This document shows, in pieces, positions 60,992 through 64,000 of a stretch of DNA of 64,000 bases; position 1 is the stretch's first letter, and every line of letters starts with the position of its first letter. The notes below the pieces were generated by a model. It was not told the origin of the DNA, did not search any database, and saw only the letters and a list, made by a program, of their open reading frames with translations. A program made the translations under genes and the position numbers. The stretch comes from Psilocybe cubensis (Eukaryota): NCBI GenBank assembly GCA_017499595.2, contig CM038998.1, forward strand, positions 992,001 through 1,056,000, written 5' to 3'.

Positions 60992-63900
60992 TGTTCCTCC
61001 CTGCCATTTGAGGGCCATCACCAACTTTGATGACCCTGAATCTAAAAAGGCGCTTCCAGTTGGCACGAAAGCGCCACATTTTATCCCACTTTGGGCGAAA
61101 AGATTTGATGTTACGAAATTCAATAATTTCATCCATATTGATCTTCATCTCCACACATGGTTAAGTTGGGTTGAGCCACGACAGCCACTTGCAACACTGT
61201 TCGCAACTGTCTTGGGTCATATGTCTGCCTCTCAGATAGTCTCTTGTGTCGGATTTATAAATACTGACTGCGTGAACAATTCAACTTAGCGTGATCAGTT
61301 GCTCAGGTGTTCAGTGGCCAACCGGCAGGCTGAGAGTCAATAAAGCCGGTCAATAGGTCCGCGTCTCTGCATTCTGTGAGAAGCGCTGATTTACAAATAG
61401 TTGTCACAGCCAAGTGCTGCTTAATGAATTTTAGCAGAGTAGATGATGGCAAATGATGGCTCGGTGTTAAAATTGGAATTCCTGTTTATGCACTGGTTCT
61501 TGCCTTGTTTACTCCACCCAACGATTGGCCAACGGATGCGCAAATATACTTATCGCTAAAGCACGCAATGCGGGTCTGGAGGCCCAAGTTACCCAAGGTC
61601 GAAATGAACTCCATTTGAGGGACACTCCGTCTCCCATAAGAAATATTTTCCTAGTGTATTCCGGATCGTCCAGACGCTCACGCGACGGGTGTTACATATG
61701 TGTTGAATTTGTGGCCAAGGTTTGAAGAGAAAAAAAAAATATTATCCAGGCTATCGCCCCGCCTTGACACACTCCTTCTGGCCGCCTTGCGCGCCGTGTA
61801 CATGGTTCTGGGATATGATGGTTGAATCAATTCATAAAACTCAGTCTGTCAACCGCATCTAGTCCTTCTTTGCTTTGATGAAGTCCACCTGGGCCTTGGG
61901 AAACGCCTCGTATTGTTAACATCCATTCCATATTTGAAGTCGGTGCTTCTTGAAGGCACCATAGGTCATTCACGGAGATACCTGGTTCTAACTGCCGTGT
62001 TAACATCTCATGAAAATAGAACAAGCGGCCTGTATCGAGCGATACCCGATAAATCGGCACATATTGTGTCTATTAGTACTGCAGAGTCGTAGAGAACAAG
62101 GCTCTTTGGAGAAACAATCTAGAGGACGAGCTCGGGTAAGATATGGACCTGGTCCCATACGGCGGTAGTAAGGCGAGCGAGGAGATAATATCTGATCACG
62201 GAGCGAAGACGCCATAAAATCGTCGAGAAGGACCAGAAGCACGCGCGTCGATGCAGATACAGAGCTGTATCTCCAGTGATTGACGCTACGAATTCTGCGC
62301 TAAGGTAGAAGATAGAGTAATTAGCTCGAGCATAAATTGCTTGTCGCTCGCTGGTGTTGGTGTCAATAAACTTCAATGTCTTTTGGAGAAACGAATTCGA
62401 CTTCCCTAGCGATTGATTGCGACGTCCTTCCTCCCCCACAGTCTCATTTGGCTTCAATATCGTCCGAGTCTGGTTTAGTACACGCACCGTCATGTGGGCT
62501 CATACCGTGGCGTAGTGTGCCCATTCAAGTGGCGATCCTGCGGAACTAGAAGGAAGACCGGGATGAAAATCGTCATCATATCATGGAAATCGAGAGCGAA
62601 AACGAAGGAACATCAAGAGAGCACGGGCCCCAACAAGCTACAGACAACATCAGTCAAGTAAACTTCGCCTGCGAAGCTCAAGGAGAAGGAGATATGTCAA
62701 TACGCTGCACGCGGCGGTGGCAACTAATACAATGCCAATTAAATCCATTTGACTGCGTAGTAAACAATGAAACTCGAAATAGACTGATGTCTCCAAAGGT
62801 CAGAACTTCCAGGACGGAGCCACTGACCGAGACGTAGTGTCCAAGGTCCTGCGACGTATACATATCAAGCCCACGGGTATTCTTGAGTGTCCGAAATGGA
62901 GAGAAGACTCGATCGTTGTACCATTATATTACTGACAAGGATATCGTCAAGCTCCGAGGACGAGACTCTCGCGATAAGCTGGCTAACAGAACAGGTGGTC
63001 TACTAGCATTGTCAGAGGAAGGCGAGTACCGAACGTCTGCCCACCACCTTTCTCATAGCTCCTCCGAGTATTTGGTGCTTTCATTCTATAGATATGCTAC
63101 GCCCGGGAGCATCAAAGCTGTCTGCACATGCTGGAGAACCCAGGTATACTACAGCAGAACGCTGCGGCAGGGCCTCATTAGTTGGATTACAGTCGTAATG
63201 AACAGTTTGTATGCACTTGATGTGCACACTCCAAAACAATGTCGTGCATGCCAATGATGATATTATCGTCTATCGTTCTTCTAACTGCTGCTTCTTTGTC
63301 TCCCATGATCGTTAAACGGAAATAAGGTCCCGTTCGGAATGCCGTCCTCTATTGCGAGCGAGGTATGCGAGCAAGATTTAGCATTGAATCAAAGTTCAAC
63401 ACGAATAATCATTCCAGGATTTCTAGCCACTCGGAGTCGTGCTAGAGTACCCGGACAAGAGCACCACGACAGATGATCAGTTTGTAAACCCAGCACCTCC
63501 AGTGAGAAACCGTAGTCCGAGCGTACAAAAGAGAAATAAGAAACACCCGATCGCAGGACAAAGTAGGCAGAACCAGTCACCCATCCATGGATAACAGAAA
63601 TAGTTTCCAATCTCATCACCCAGAACTTTTTTTTTCCACCCTCCAAAAAAGGGCCCAGCACGGTCGGAAGCGGTGTCTATTCTTGATAGCGCTGTCGCAA
63701 TCATCATACAGAAGGGAAAGCACCAAGAAAGAACAAGTACCCAGGCTCGGTCCCAGCCAAACATTTGCTCACGGGGCCGGGGCGGGGGTGTGTGCGAAAA
63801 ATAGCAGGGACGCCTTCCAGGTTTAAGCTGAGGGCGTGGATATCTTGGGGGTCCACAGCGACAAAATAGGCCCGGAGTCATGGGCGACAAGAAGAAGGCG

Positions 63901-64000
63901 TGGCTATAAATATCCCAGGACCATGACTGGCGCGAAAAAAAGCATGCGTGGGTGCGCTAGGTGGGTGGGTCGAGTTGGTACTGACATGGACACCTTCGCC

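Overview
This is intron-rich fungal genomic DNA. Short GT-AG introns of about 50-60 nt and the DUF6533-type membrane proteins and BTB proteins point to an Agaricomycete; the taxon is inferred, not proven. The right half (about 27.5-57.5 kb) is a compact block of recognisable genes: a GH93-like glycosidase, a pyridoxamine-5'-phosphate-oxidase-like protein, a copper amine oxidase, ALG9, a DUF6533 protein, an F-box protein, a QDE-1-like RNA-dependent RNA polymerase placed head-to-head with centrin, and conserved hypotheticals. The left half is dynamic. An old inverted two-gene duplication (unknown family + DUF6533) brackets a CE4 deacetylase, a BTB gene with an inverted pseudogene copy, and a RhoGEF lying in a 10-kb microsatellite-expanded domain. 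The most notable observations are: (1) a 1,202-bp non-autonomous DNA transposon with perfect 33-bp TIRs, an 8-bp TSD and same-orientation subterminal CGGACA motifs at both ends; (2) a local, partly pseudogenised gene family with tandem 'FG-x-H-x-G-x-x-L' motifs resembling bacterial/phage DUF3820/ExoX-C modules; (3) two long, structured introns, one with a possible poison alternative donor; (4) an RdRP catalytic motif split over a 12-nt microexon. All gene models were assembled by eye and exon boundaries are approximate unless stated.
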